Positions 36,090-44,203 of a DNA stretch of 64,000 nucleotides are shown here, in pieces (position 1 is the stretch's first letter; each line of letters starts with the position of its first letter). The notes under the pieces are model-generated. The model searched no databases. It was not told the origin of the DNA and saw nothing but the letters and a program-made list of their open reading frames with translations. The position numbers and the translations under genes were made by a program. Source of the DNA: Candidatus Rokuibacteriota bacterium (GTDB taxonomy: Bacteria; Methylomirabilota; Methylomirabilia; Rokubacteriales; CSP1-6); the NCBI GenBank assembly GCA_030647435.1, contig JAUSJX010000081.1:2913-66912 (forward strand). The letters run 5' to 3'.

Positions 36090-39064
36090 CCCGCCCGCTC
36101 CTCTCGGCCGCGCTCCTGCTTCTCTCCGTTGCCCCGGCTGCCGCCGTCGAGCCCGCGTTCAAGCTGCCGCCGCCAGACCTGGCCGAGGTCCTGCCGCTGG
36201 TCTCGCCGGCGCTGGACAAGCCGGCGCTTCCGGGCTCGCTCGCGGCGTATCCACCCTCGCCCCAACCCGTGCCGCCGCTGCCGCGGGCCCGCGTGGAGAC
36301 CGACCTCGCGGTCCAGCCCGTGGCGGCCGCGCCGCCGCCGCGCTTCCTCGCGTGCAACCCGCTCGGCACCGTGCTCGGCGTCGTCTCCGAGCTCGTCGAA
36401 TGCGGCCGCGCGCGCTTCCAGCGCGGCGAGTTCGAAGACGCGCGCGAAGCGCTCGACGGCGCCGCCAAGCGCGCGACCGAGGCGCCCCTGCTTCGAGAGG
36501 CGCGCTACTGGCTGGGCGAGACTTTGATCCGGCTCGGCCAGCCCGACCAGGCGGCGCAGGCGATGCTCCTCGTGGTCCAGGGCGACCCGCGCTCGGACGT
36601 GGGGTTTCACGCCGCGCTCAAGTATGGCTGGCTGTCGCTGATGGCGGGCGATCCGGCGCGGGGGCTCGCGACGCTGGACGCGCTCGTCAAGAGCGGTCCG
36701 CCTCCGGACCTCGTCCCCTGGGCGCAGCACGGCCGCGCCGTGGCGCTGTACGGTCTCGGGCGCTACGCCGAAGCGCGCGAGGTCTGGACCCGCCTCCTCG
36801 GCCGGACCCTGCCCGCGCCGGTGGCAGGAGAGGCGCCCTTCTGGCTCGGCGACACGCTGGGGCGGCTCGGCGAGTACAAGGAGGCCGTCGCGCGGCTCAA
36901 GACCTTTACCGGCGGCGGCCCGCGCCTCCAGATCGACACGGCGCTCCTGCGCCTCGCCTGGTGGAGCCGCGCGGCAGGTGAGCCGCTCGCGGCCGTGCAG
37001 ACCTACCGCGGGGTGATGTCGGCGTATCCGAAGATGCCCGAGATCCTCTGGGCGAGGGCCGGGCTCGCGCTGGCCCTCCTCGACCTCGACGACTATGCAG
37101 CCGCCCTCGCCGAAGCGCGCACGCTCGACGCCGCCGACAAGGCGGGCGCGCTCGGCCTGCCTGTACTCCTGGCAGTGGATCGTTGGGCGACTTCGAGCCG
37201 CCGCGCCGACGACGCGCGGGCGCTCGAGCAGGAGCTCCTCGGACGCACCCTCGAGCCCGCCACGCGCGCCTACGTCCTCCTGCTGGCCGGCGAGGTCGAG
37301 CGCGACGCCGGCCAGATGTCGGAGGCCCGCGGCCGCTTCGAGCTCGTCCTGGCGCGTCCCGGGGCGCCGGCGCTCGGCTGGTACGCGGGGCTGCGCCTGG
37401 CGCAGACGGATCTCGAGAGCCGCGAGATCGCCCAGGCGCGGACGCGCATCGACGCGCTCCTCAACGAGCCGCTGACGGCCGAGCTCCGCGGCGCGGCCCT
37501 CGCGCTCGGCGGCGAGGCCGCCTACGCCGGTCGCGCCTGGGACGAGGCCGCGGCGCGCTACAGCCGGTTTCTCGCCGAGTTCCCGACCTCGCCGCAGGCG
37601 CCCTCGGTCCTGCTGGCGCTAGGCTGGGCGGAGTTCCGCCGCGGGCGTCTCGAGGCGGCGCGCGACACCTGGACGCGCTTCGCCACGATTAACCGCGCCG
37701 ATCCGCGGGCGCCCGCCGCGCTCCTTCTGGCGGCGGAGCTCGCGGCGCGCTCGGGCGACACCGCGGGCGCCCGCGCGCTGCTCGACGGGCTCGTCACGCG
37801 CTACCCGGAAGGCGAGTACGCGGACATTGCGCGGCTCAACCGGTCGATCCTCGCCATCCGCGCCGGCCGGGCCCCGACTGTCCTCGCCGATCTCACGGAG
37901 CTGATCCGCCGCGCGCCGCTGTCTCCCTACGTCGGGCGGATGAGGCTCGCGCGCGGCGTGGTCCTCGTGACGACCGGCAAGGCCGCGGAGGCCGCGCGCG
38001 AGTTCAAGAGCGCGCAGGGGCAGGGCGAGGGCGCGTCGGCGAACCTGGGGCTCGGGCGCGTCGCTTTCGATCTCGGGCAGTGGGACGAGGCCGAGCGGGA
38101 ATTCGTCGAGGCGCGCGACACGGGGGCGGGCGCCGTCGCGGCTGCGGCCGAGTACGGCATGGCCGCCGTGTTGTGGAACCAGGGCAAGAGCGACGACTTC
38201 AAGCGCTTCGCCCAGGCGCTCCTCGCGCGGCCGGCCGATCCGGCGATCACGCCCTACGTGCTCGCGGCCGTGGCGGCGCTGGCGGCCGACGAGGGGCGGT
38301 GGAAGGACGCGCGCACGCTCGCGATGCGCGCGGTCAACGAGTTCCCGACGAGCGATGCCGCGCCGACGGCGCTGTCGCTCGTAGGCACGGCGGCCGCGCG
38401 CGCGGGGGAGTGGCCGGTGGCGAGCGAGAGCTTCCAGCTCCTGACCGGCCGCTACCCCGGCTACAAGACCGGACGCGAGGCGCGGCACGGCTACGCCGAG
38501 GCGGGCTATAGAACTGGCGCCCACGCGGAGGCGAGCGCGAGGCTCCAGGAGTTCATCGACGCATCGCCGAGGGACCCCGAGCTGCCGCGCGCGCTCGTAC
38601 TGCTGGGCCGTACCCGCGAGGCGGCCGGCGACGGGGCTGGGGCGCTCGACGTCTACACGCGCGTGGAGCGCGAGTTCCATGCCTTCCAGGGCGCGGCGCT
38701 TCTCGGCAACGCCAGGGTGCTCCTGCTCGCCGGAAACTGGGACGAGGCGCGGCCGCTCCTCGAGCGCGCGGTGGAGGCGGGGGATGGGGGGGTGGCTGCC
38801 GAGGCGGCGTACCGCCTCGGTGAAGGGCTCCGGGGCGCGGGCCGTCACCAGCAGGCCGTCGACTCGTACATGATGGCGGCCTACGTCGCGCCCGACACGC
38901 CGCTCGCGCGCCGCGCGCTCCTCGGCGCCGGGCAGTCGTTCACCGCGCTCAAGCAGCCCGACTCGGCGATCATCGTGTACAAGAAGCTGCTGGCGGGGAA
39001 GGGCGTCGAGCCGGACGTGGCCGACGCCGCGAAGAAGGGGCTGAAAGCTCTCGGGGTCAACTAA
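36086..39064 (+). CDS. Large exported tetratricopeptide-repeat protein
   Basis: Signal peptide, Pro-rich linker, many TPR units; ATGA overlap with the upstream gene. Confidence 0.85.
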   Translation: MTRPLLSAALLLLSVAPAAAVEPAFKLPPPDLAEVLPLVSPALDKPALPGSLAAYPPSPQPVPPLPRARVETDLAVQPVAAAPPPRFLACNPLGTVLGVVSELVECGRARFQRGEFEDAREALDGAAKRATEAPLLREARYWLGETLIRLGQPDQAAQAMLLVVQGDPRSDVGFHAALKYGWLSLMAGDPARGLATLDALVKSGPPPDLVPWAQHGRAVALYGLGRYAEAREVWTRLLGRTLPAPVAGEAPFWLGDTLGRLGEYKEAVARLKTFTGGGPRLQIDTALLRLAWWSRAAGEPLAAVQTYRGVMSAYPKMPEILWARAGLALALLDLDDYAAALAEARTLDAADKAGALGLPVLLAVDRWATSSRRADDARALEQELLGRTLEPATRAYVLLLAGEVERDAGQMSEARGRFELVLARPGAPALGWYAGLRLAQTDLESREIAQARTRIDALLNEPLTAELRGAALALGGEAAYAGRAWDEAAARYSRFLAEFPTSPQAPSVLLALGWAEFRRGRLEAARDTWTRFATINRADPRAPAALLLAAELAARSGDTAGARALLDGLVTRYPEGEYADIARLNRSILAIRAGRAPTVLADLTELIRRAPLSPYVGRMRLARGVVLVTTGKAAEAAREFKSAQGQGEGASANLGLGRVAFDLGQWDEAEREFVEARDTGAGAVAAAAEYGMAAVLWNQGKSDDFKRFAQALLARPADPAITPYVLAAVAALAADEGRWKDARTLAMRAVNEFPTSDAAPTALSLVGTAAARAGEWPVASESFQLLTGRYPGYKTGREARHGYAEAGYRTGAHAEASARLQEFIDASPRDPELPRALVLLGRTREAAGDGAGALDVYTRVEREFHAFQGAALLGNARVLLLAGNWDEARPLLERAVEAGDGGVAAEAAYRLGEGLRGAGRHQQAVDSYMMAAYVAPDTPLARRALLGAGQSFTALKQPDSAIIVYKKLLAGKGVEPDVADAAKKGLKALGVN

Positions 39065-39591
39065 TCGAGGGCGGCCACGACGTCGGACATCGGTGCGTGG
39101 TCACCCGCAAAGCGGTCCCGCCACTCGTAGCGCACGCGATCCGCCGGCCCCAGCACGAACACGCCGCCCTGCTGCACCGGATCCCCCCGCCGCGCGCCCT
39201 GCCTGAAGCCCTTCGCGAACGCCCGCAGACCCTTCACGAAGCTCCCGGGATGGAAGGTCCTGCCCCAGCCATAGGCGAGGCCGGCCGCGCGGAAGGCCTC
39301 CAGCGACGGGTCCGCGTAGAGCGGGCCCGCGTAGCCCGTGACTTCACGGAAACCCTTCAGGTACTCGGGCTTTCCCGGCCCGACGACGACGAGCGCGGCG
39401 CCCCGCCGGACTATCGAGGGCTCGGCGGCGGCCAGGTCAGCGACCTGCTGACGACAGAAGATTCAGCCGAAGTGGCGGACGAAGGCGAGGACGGCCTGCT
39501 GGTCGGCCCAGGAGCCGCCGAGCGTGACGGCGCGACCCTCGGCGTCGAGGACCGTGAGGCGCGCGAGCCGCGATGCCACAGTGTCGGACAT
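39061..39591 (-). CDS. Selenoprotein: peroxiredoxin-like 2 / AhpC-TSA_2 family, UxxC motif (176 aa); absent from the ORF track
   Basis: Hand translation: MSDTVASRLARLTVLDAEGRAVTLGGSWADQQAVLAFVRHFG-TGA-IFCRQQ...LYADPS...QQGGVFV...FAGDHAP; SECIS-like hairpin follows the TGA. Confidence 0.9.
39436..39465 (-). promoter_or_regulatory. Bacterial SECIS element
   Basis: UGA-10 nt-GUCAGC-AGGUC-GCUGAC stem-loop; loop resembles the E. coli fdhF SECIS (GCAGGUC). Confidence 0.8.
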
Positions 39592-39610
39592 GGCGCGATT
39601 CTACCCGCTT

Positions 39611-39787
39611 CCGGGTACTGGGCCAATTTGCTTTGCCAGATTTACTCAGCCCTTGCCTCACGGCGGGGCCGCTCAGCTCGAACCTCCACGTTCTCGGTCG
39701 CCAGCGACGCTCAACGTACACCCACGTACGCCTCGCGTGACTGGCTCCCTCGGGCCTCGTCTGGCTCGCAACCTGGCCCAGTACCGG
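39611..39787. repeat. Family A-related miniature element carrying a nested family B unit (about 39644-39684)
   Basis: TIR CCGGGTACTGGGCCA / TGGCCCAGTACCGG; core CGCTCAACGTAC..GTACGCCTCGCG shared with family A. Confidence 0.75.
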
Positions 39788-39812
39788 ACGACGGCGCCGC
39801 CGCGCGGGAGGA

Positions 39813-40529
39813 TTAGCGGGGGCCGATACCGAATAGTCGGAGCACGGCACGGCGCCTGAGCGCCAGGATCGAGTCCGTGGGCGAGATCTCCATGGGACAG
39901 ACGGCGGTGCAGTTGGCCTGGCCGTGACAGCGCGTCAACACGTCCTCGGCGAGCACCGCCTGGCTGCGATCGGCATGAGCCCCGTCGCGGCTGTCCCGCT
40001 GGAGCGTGAAGACGCGGTTCAGCGCCGCGGGCCCGGGGAAGCGCGGGTCGTGGCTGACCATGGTGCAGGCCGAGACGCACATGCCGCAGCCGATGCACTC
40101 GATCGCGGCGTCGATGGCGCGCCGCTCGCGCGTGCGCGAGCCGATCAGGGCGAACCCGTCGCCGTCCATCGCCCGGCGGCCGGGGACGAAGACCGCCTTC
40201 ATCTCCAGCATCTTGTTCTTGATCGGAGCCATGTCGACGACGAGGTCGCGGATCAAGGGGAACTGGTACAGCGGCCGGACGGTCACCGGCCCGCGGTCGA
40301 GATTCGAGAGCAAGGTCCGGCAGGCCCAGCGCTCGCGGCCGTTGACGACCATGGCGCAGGAGCCGCACATGCCCACGCGGCAGGCGTAGCGAAAGGCGAG
40401 CGTCGCATCGGAGTTTCGCTGGAGCTCGACCAGCGCGTCGAGGACCGTCATGCCCTGGAGGGCCTTGACCCAGTACTTCTGCAGGCGCTCGCGCGAGCCC
40501 GGGCTCCAGCGGAAGACCTTCAGTACCAT
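39813..40529 (-). CDS. Succinate dehydrogenase/fumarate reductase-type iron-sulfur subunit
   Basis: CRVGMCGSC...C, CIGCGMCVSAC, CHGQANCTAVCP. Confidence 0.92.
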   Translation of the reverse strand: MVLKVFRWSPGSRERLQKYWVKALQGMTVLDALVELQRNSDATLAFRYACRVGMCGSCAMVVNGRERWACRTLLSNLDRGPVTVRPLYQFPLIRDLVVDMAPIKNKMLEMKAVFVPGRRAMDGDGFALIGSRTRERRAIDAAIECIGCGMCVSACTMVSHDPRFPGPAALNRVFTLQRDSRDGAHADRSQAVLAEDVLTRCHGQANCTAVCPMEISPTDSILALRRRAVLRLFGIGPR

Positions 40530-40867
40530 CGCCACCTCCAGATGGCCGCGAAGGCCGCCACGCCGACCAGGAGCGCCAGCAGGAAGAGCAGCCGGTGCCA
40601 GCGCGCCGGCAGGCCGAAGTCGAGGAGGATGGCGCGCACGCCAAGCAGGCCGTGGAAGAGCACGAGGGCGAGGAGCGCCGCCTGGACGGGGCGCGCGAAG
40701 GGGTTCTTCAGGTGCGCCGCGATCACCGCCACGAGGCCGATGGCCGCGACGCGCTGGAGCAGCCACGCCCACATGCCCACCTTGGTGTCCCGCCACGCCT
40801 CGGCGGAGCCCATGCGGCGCGTGAGCATCTTCCGGTCACGGACCGGCTCGGCGCGCCGCGCGCTCAA
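40520..40867 (-). CDS. Small cytochrome b-type membrane anchor (SdhC-like)
   Basis: WAWLLQRV, AHL, FHGLLGVRAILLDFG; three hydrophobic helices; start uncertain. Confidence 0.8.
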   Translation of the reverse strand: MSARRAEPVRDRKMLTRRMGSAEAWRDTKVGMWAWLLQRVAAIGLVAVIAAHLKNPFARPVQAALLALVLFHGLLGVRAILLDFGLPARWHRLLFLLALLVGVAAFAAIWRWRWY

Positions 40868-42591
40868 TCCCCGACCTCAACGCCTGTCGGCTGGCGCTCG
40901 CCGTCGGGCGCGAGGCGCGTGAGCCGCGTCGGCTCTTTCCAGACGCGCAAGCCCGCCGTGTCGCCGCCGGCGACGTGGATGTTGTACAGCTCGGCGCCGG
41001 TGTCCGGGTGGTCGCGGCGGAAGTGCGAGCCGCGGCTCTCCTCGCGCTCGAGCGCGCTGCGCGCGATGAGCCAGGCGGCTGCGACCTGGTTCTGGAGGTT
41101 GAGCCAGTCCTGCCACGCGAGGTTGTAGGTCGTCCCGCCCGGCACGGCCGCCCTTGGCGCGCGCTGGCCGATGTCCTCGATCTCGCGGAGCGCCGCCTTG
41201 AGGCCCGAGGCCTGACGCACGAGGCCCACCTGCTCCCACATGACGTCGCGCAGCCGCTGCTGGAGCGCGTAGAGACCCTCGCCGCCCTCACCGCGCCCGA
41301 GGGGTTCGACTATGCGGGCCGCCGGCGCCTCGACGTCCGGCGTGGACAACCGCGGCAGGGACCGGCCCACGACCCACTCCGCCATCACGTCGCCCGCGAT
41401 CCCGCCGAAGACGGTCGAGTCGGCCACGCCATTGCCCCCCAGCCGATTCGCGCCGTGGACGCCACCCGCATCCTCGCCGGCGGCGAAGAGTCCCTCAATG
41501 GCGGTCCGGCACGAGGCGTCGATGACCACCCCGCCCATCATGAAGTGCGCCGTCGGGCCCACTTCGACCGGCTCGCGGGCCAGATCCCGACCGAAGTCGC
41601 GGCAGCGCTTGACCATGCCCCGGAAGTTGGTCTCGACGAGCTTCGCGCCAAGGTGAGACACATCGATCCACACGCCGCCGTTCGGGCTGCCGAGGCCCTC
41701 CTGCACCTCGGTGAAGCAGGCGCGCGCGACGAGGTCGCGCGTGGAGCGCTCCATGCGCCCCGGATCGTAGCGCGACATGAAGCGCTCGCCCTTGCCGTTG
41801 AGGAGCCTGCCCCCCGCCCCCCGGAGCCCCTCTTCGAGCAGCGCGCCGGTCATGAGCGAGTTCGGCACGACGAGGCCCGTGGGATGGAACTGCACCATCT
41901 CCATGTCCTTAACGGGGGCGCCGGCGCGCAGCGCCAGCGCGATGCCGTCTGCGGCCTTGTCCGCCGAGCAGGCGATGACGCGGTACATCGTCGGCCCGCC
42001 GCCCATCGCGAGCAGCGTGGCGCGGCTGCGCACCGCGGTGAAGCTCCCGCGGCGGATGTCGAGCACGAGCGCCCCGCCGACGCGGCCGGCGCCGTCGCTG
42101 AGCAGCTCGACCGCCCGGTGTTCCTCCAGCGCGCGAATGGAAGGGCGAATCCACACCTGCTCGGTCAGCCGGTTCATGATCTCGATGCCGGTCAGATCTC
42201 CCTTGTGGATGGTCCGGTCGTGCGTCTGGCCGGCGAAGGGCTTCTGGTGGATGCGGCCGTCGGGGTGGCGGTCGAAGAAGCAGCCGTAGCGGCTCTCGAG
42301 CTCCAGCACGCGCCCGGGCGCCTCGGTGACGAGCGTCCAGACGAGCTCCTGGTCGTTGATCCAGCCGCCGCCCGCAAGGGTATCGAGGAGGTGCGCGTCG
42401 AGAGAGTCGGGGGAGGCGAGTACGGCGTTGTAGCCGCCCTGGACCATCCGCGTGCAGCCCGCGCGGCCGAGCAACCCCTTGACGACGACGGTCACCGACA
42501 GGTGCGGCGAGCGGTCCGCGGCGTGCAGGGCGGCGCAGAGCCCGGCGCCGCCGGCGCCCAGGATCAAAAGATCGGTCTCGAGGATGTCGAT
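40864..42591 (-). CDS. SdhA/TfrA-family flavoprotein; probable ATC start
   Basis: ETDLLILGAGGAG, GCTRMVQGG (no covalent-FAD His), QFHPTG, HFMMGG, HGANRLGGN, REESRGSHFR. Confidence 0.9.
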   Translation of the reverse strand: MDILETDLLILGAGGAGLCAALHAADRSPHLSVTVVVKGLLGRAGCTRMVQGGYNAVLASPDSLDAHLLDTLAGGGWINDQELVWTLVTEAPGRVLELESRYGCFFDRHPDGRIHQKPFAGQTHDRTIHKGDLTGIEIMNRLTEQVWIRPSIRALEEHRAVELLSDGAGRVGGALVLDIRRGSFTAVRSRATLLAMGGGPTMYRVIACSADKAADGIALALRAGAPVKDMEMVQFHPTGLVVPNSLMTGALLEEGLRGAGGRLLNGKGERFMSRYDPGRMERSTRDLVARACFTEVQEGLGSPNGGVWIDVSHLGAKLVETNFRGMVKRCRDFGRDLAREPVEVGPTAHFMMGGVVIDASCRTAIEGLFAAGEDAGGVHGANRLGGNGVADSTVFGGIAGDVMAEWVVGRSLPRLSTPDVEAPAARIVEPLGRGEGGEGLYALQQRLRDVMWEQVGLVRQASGLKAALREIEDIGQRAPRAAVPGGTTYNLAWQDWLNLQNQVAAAWLIARSALEREESRGSHFRRDHPDTGAELYNIHVAGGDTAGLRVWKEPTRLTRLAPDGERQPTGVEVGD

Positions 42592-42652
42592 GGCGCGCTC
42601 CGCGGTGACTATAGCCCCGGGCCGGGTCCGGGCGCAATCCGACGAGGCGCCC

Positions 42653-43336
42653 TCAGCGGGCGGGCGCCTTGAGCAGGTAGTCGAGGAGCTCGCGGGTCGG
42701 GCCCTCTGCCCACGAGCGGGTGCCCGTCACGCGGCCGACCAGCTTGTGATCGCGGCCGATCAGGTAGAGCGTGGGCACCACTTTGACCTTGTAGATGTCG
42801 GTCACGCCGCCGTCTCCGTCGAGGAGGAAGACCGGCGAGAGCCCACGGCTCTTCACCCAGGGCGCGACCGCTTCCGACGTCTCCTTCGTGGTGACGGCCA
42901 GCACCGTAAAGCGGCGCGGGAGAAGCTCGCGCTGGAGCTTGTCGATGGTCAACGACAGCTCGTCCGAGGCGTAGGGCGACGTCGTGCTCCAGAAGTAGAG
43001 CAGGACCACCTGCCCCGCGAAGTCGGAGAGGGCCACGCGCTTGCCGTCGGCGCGCAGCAGGGTGAAGGAGGGCGGGTCCTTGCCGACGAGCGGGAAGAGC
43101 CGGGCCGCCTCGACCAGCCGGTCGAGCTCGGTCTTATCCCTCAGCTTGTTCCGGTCCCGCTCCCGCTTGTAGAGGTCGTATTGCCACGGCTGCATCCTCT
43201 TCTCTATCGCGCGCTCCCGGGCCTCCTCGCGCTCTCGCTCCTCCTCCGTGTCCACCTGCCCCTGCGCCGGGGGGAGCCAAGCGACCAGGAGTACCAACAG
43301 GATCGCGAGTGCGCCCGCGCGGCGGGATGCGCTCAC
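42653..43336 (-). CDS. Exported TlpA/redoxin-fold protein lacking cysteines
   Basis: PSFTL..DGK.V.LSDF.GQVVLLYFW, then STTSPYA where ATWCxxC is expected; VPTLYLI cis-Pro. Confidence 0.8.
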   Translation of the reverse strand: MSASRRAGALAILLVLLVAWLPPAQGQVDTEEEREREEARERAIEKRMQPWQYDLYKRERDRNKLRDKTELDRLVEAARLFPLVGKDPPSFTLLRADGKRVALSDFAGQVVLLYFWSTTSPYASDELSLTIDKLQRELLPRRFTVLAVTTKETSEAVAPWVKSRGLSPVFLLDGDGGVTDIYKVKVVPTLYLIGRDHKLVGRVTGTRSWAEGPTRELLDYLLKAPAR

Positions 43337-43662
43337 GCCGGCTTGACCTCGGCCGAGCCCTCGAAGCGCGATCCGTGGCTGTCGAAGAACGTGACCTTGA
43401 GCGGCCCGGGCTCGGTGACCCTGAACGCGAAGCCGAACGACGGGTTCTCGCCGATCGAGGTCGAGGTGTCGAACTCCGCGATGTCGCGGCCGAGGTAGTT
43501 GACGACGATGCGGTTGACGAAGCGGTAGTTCCTGTCCACCGACTTCCCGTCCTTGCGCTCGACGCGCTCGTTGGGGTGGATCAGGAGCGCCCGCGCCCGC
43601 GCGACCGACCCGCGCGCGACCGAGTCCGGCACCCTGATCTTCACCTGCCCCATGGTGCTCAC
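43333..43662 (-). CDS. soxZ: Sulfur carrier subunit SoxZ-like
   Basis: LIHP.E..RKDG, SIGENPSFGF, LKVTFFDSHG; coupled to soxY. Confidence 0.8.
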   Translation of the reverse strand: MSTMGQVKIRVPDSVARGSVARARALLIHPNERVERKDGKSVDRNYRFVNRIVVNYLGRDIAEFDTSTSIGENPSFGFAFRVTEPGPLKVTFFDSHGSRFEGSAEVKPA

Positions 43663-44147
43663 GCGGCGCACCCCGCGACGACCACGCGGACGCTCCGCTT
43701 GACCATGAGGAGCGCGCCGTCCTGCATCTCCGCCACGGCGCGCACGTCTCCGGTGTCGGCCAGCCGGAGGTTGGCGGCCACGTACGCCTGGCCGCACGCC
43801 GGCGTGAGGCTGAACTTCGCGTTGAGCGGCCGCGGGTTCTTGTCGGACATGACGTAGATGGTCTTGACGTAGCTCTGCGGCGTCATCGGCGACTTGACCT
43901 CGACCGACATGGCCACGTTGCCGCCGTCTTCCGCGATGAGCGGCAACTCGAGCGTGATGACCTGGGATCCGTCCTTGATCGGGCGGCTCCCGAACAGCCG
44001 CTGCATGGTTTTCTCGACGGGCTCCTCGGGGGCAAGGTTGGCGAGGAAGCCTTGAGCGCGCGCCTTGGCGTGAGGCCAAGCGGCGGCAAGCGCCGCCGCG
44101 GCGGCCCCCATGAACACTTCTCTCCTGGTCACCCCCTGCCGAGCCAT
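43659..44147 (-). CDS. soxY: Sulfur carrier SoxY-like with Tat signal
   Basis: TRREVF Tat motif, PLIAEDG..V, DKNPRPL, C-terminal VRVVVAGCAA; alternative start 44165. Confidence 0.85.
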   Translation of the reverse strand: MARQGVTRREVFMGAAAAALAAAWPHAKARAQGFLANLAPEEPVEKTMQRLFGSRPIKDGSQVITLELPLIAEDGGNVAMSVEVKSPMTPQSYVKTIYVMSDKNPRPLNAKFSLTPACGQAYVAANLRLADTGDVRAVAEMQDGALLMVKRSVRVVVAGCAA

Positions 44148-44203
44148 GGCTCCCCGCTTAACCATGGCTCCATGATGCCGCGCTTCACGACCAAGTCAAA
44201 GGC

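Noticed and set aside
39097..39816. 239-aa plus-strand ORF filling the gap after the TPR gene
   Set aside because: It is the antisense shadow of the selenoprotein gene and runs through a repeat; no family motifs.
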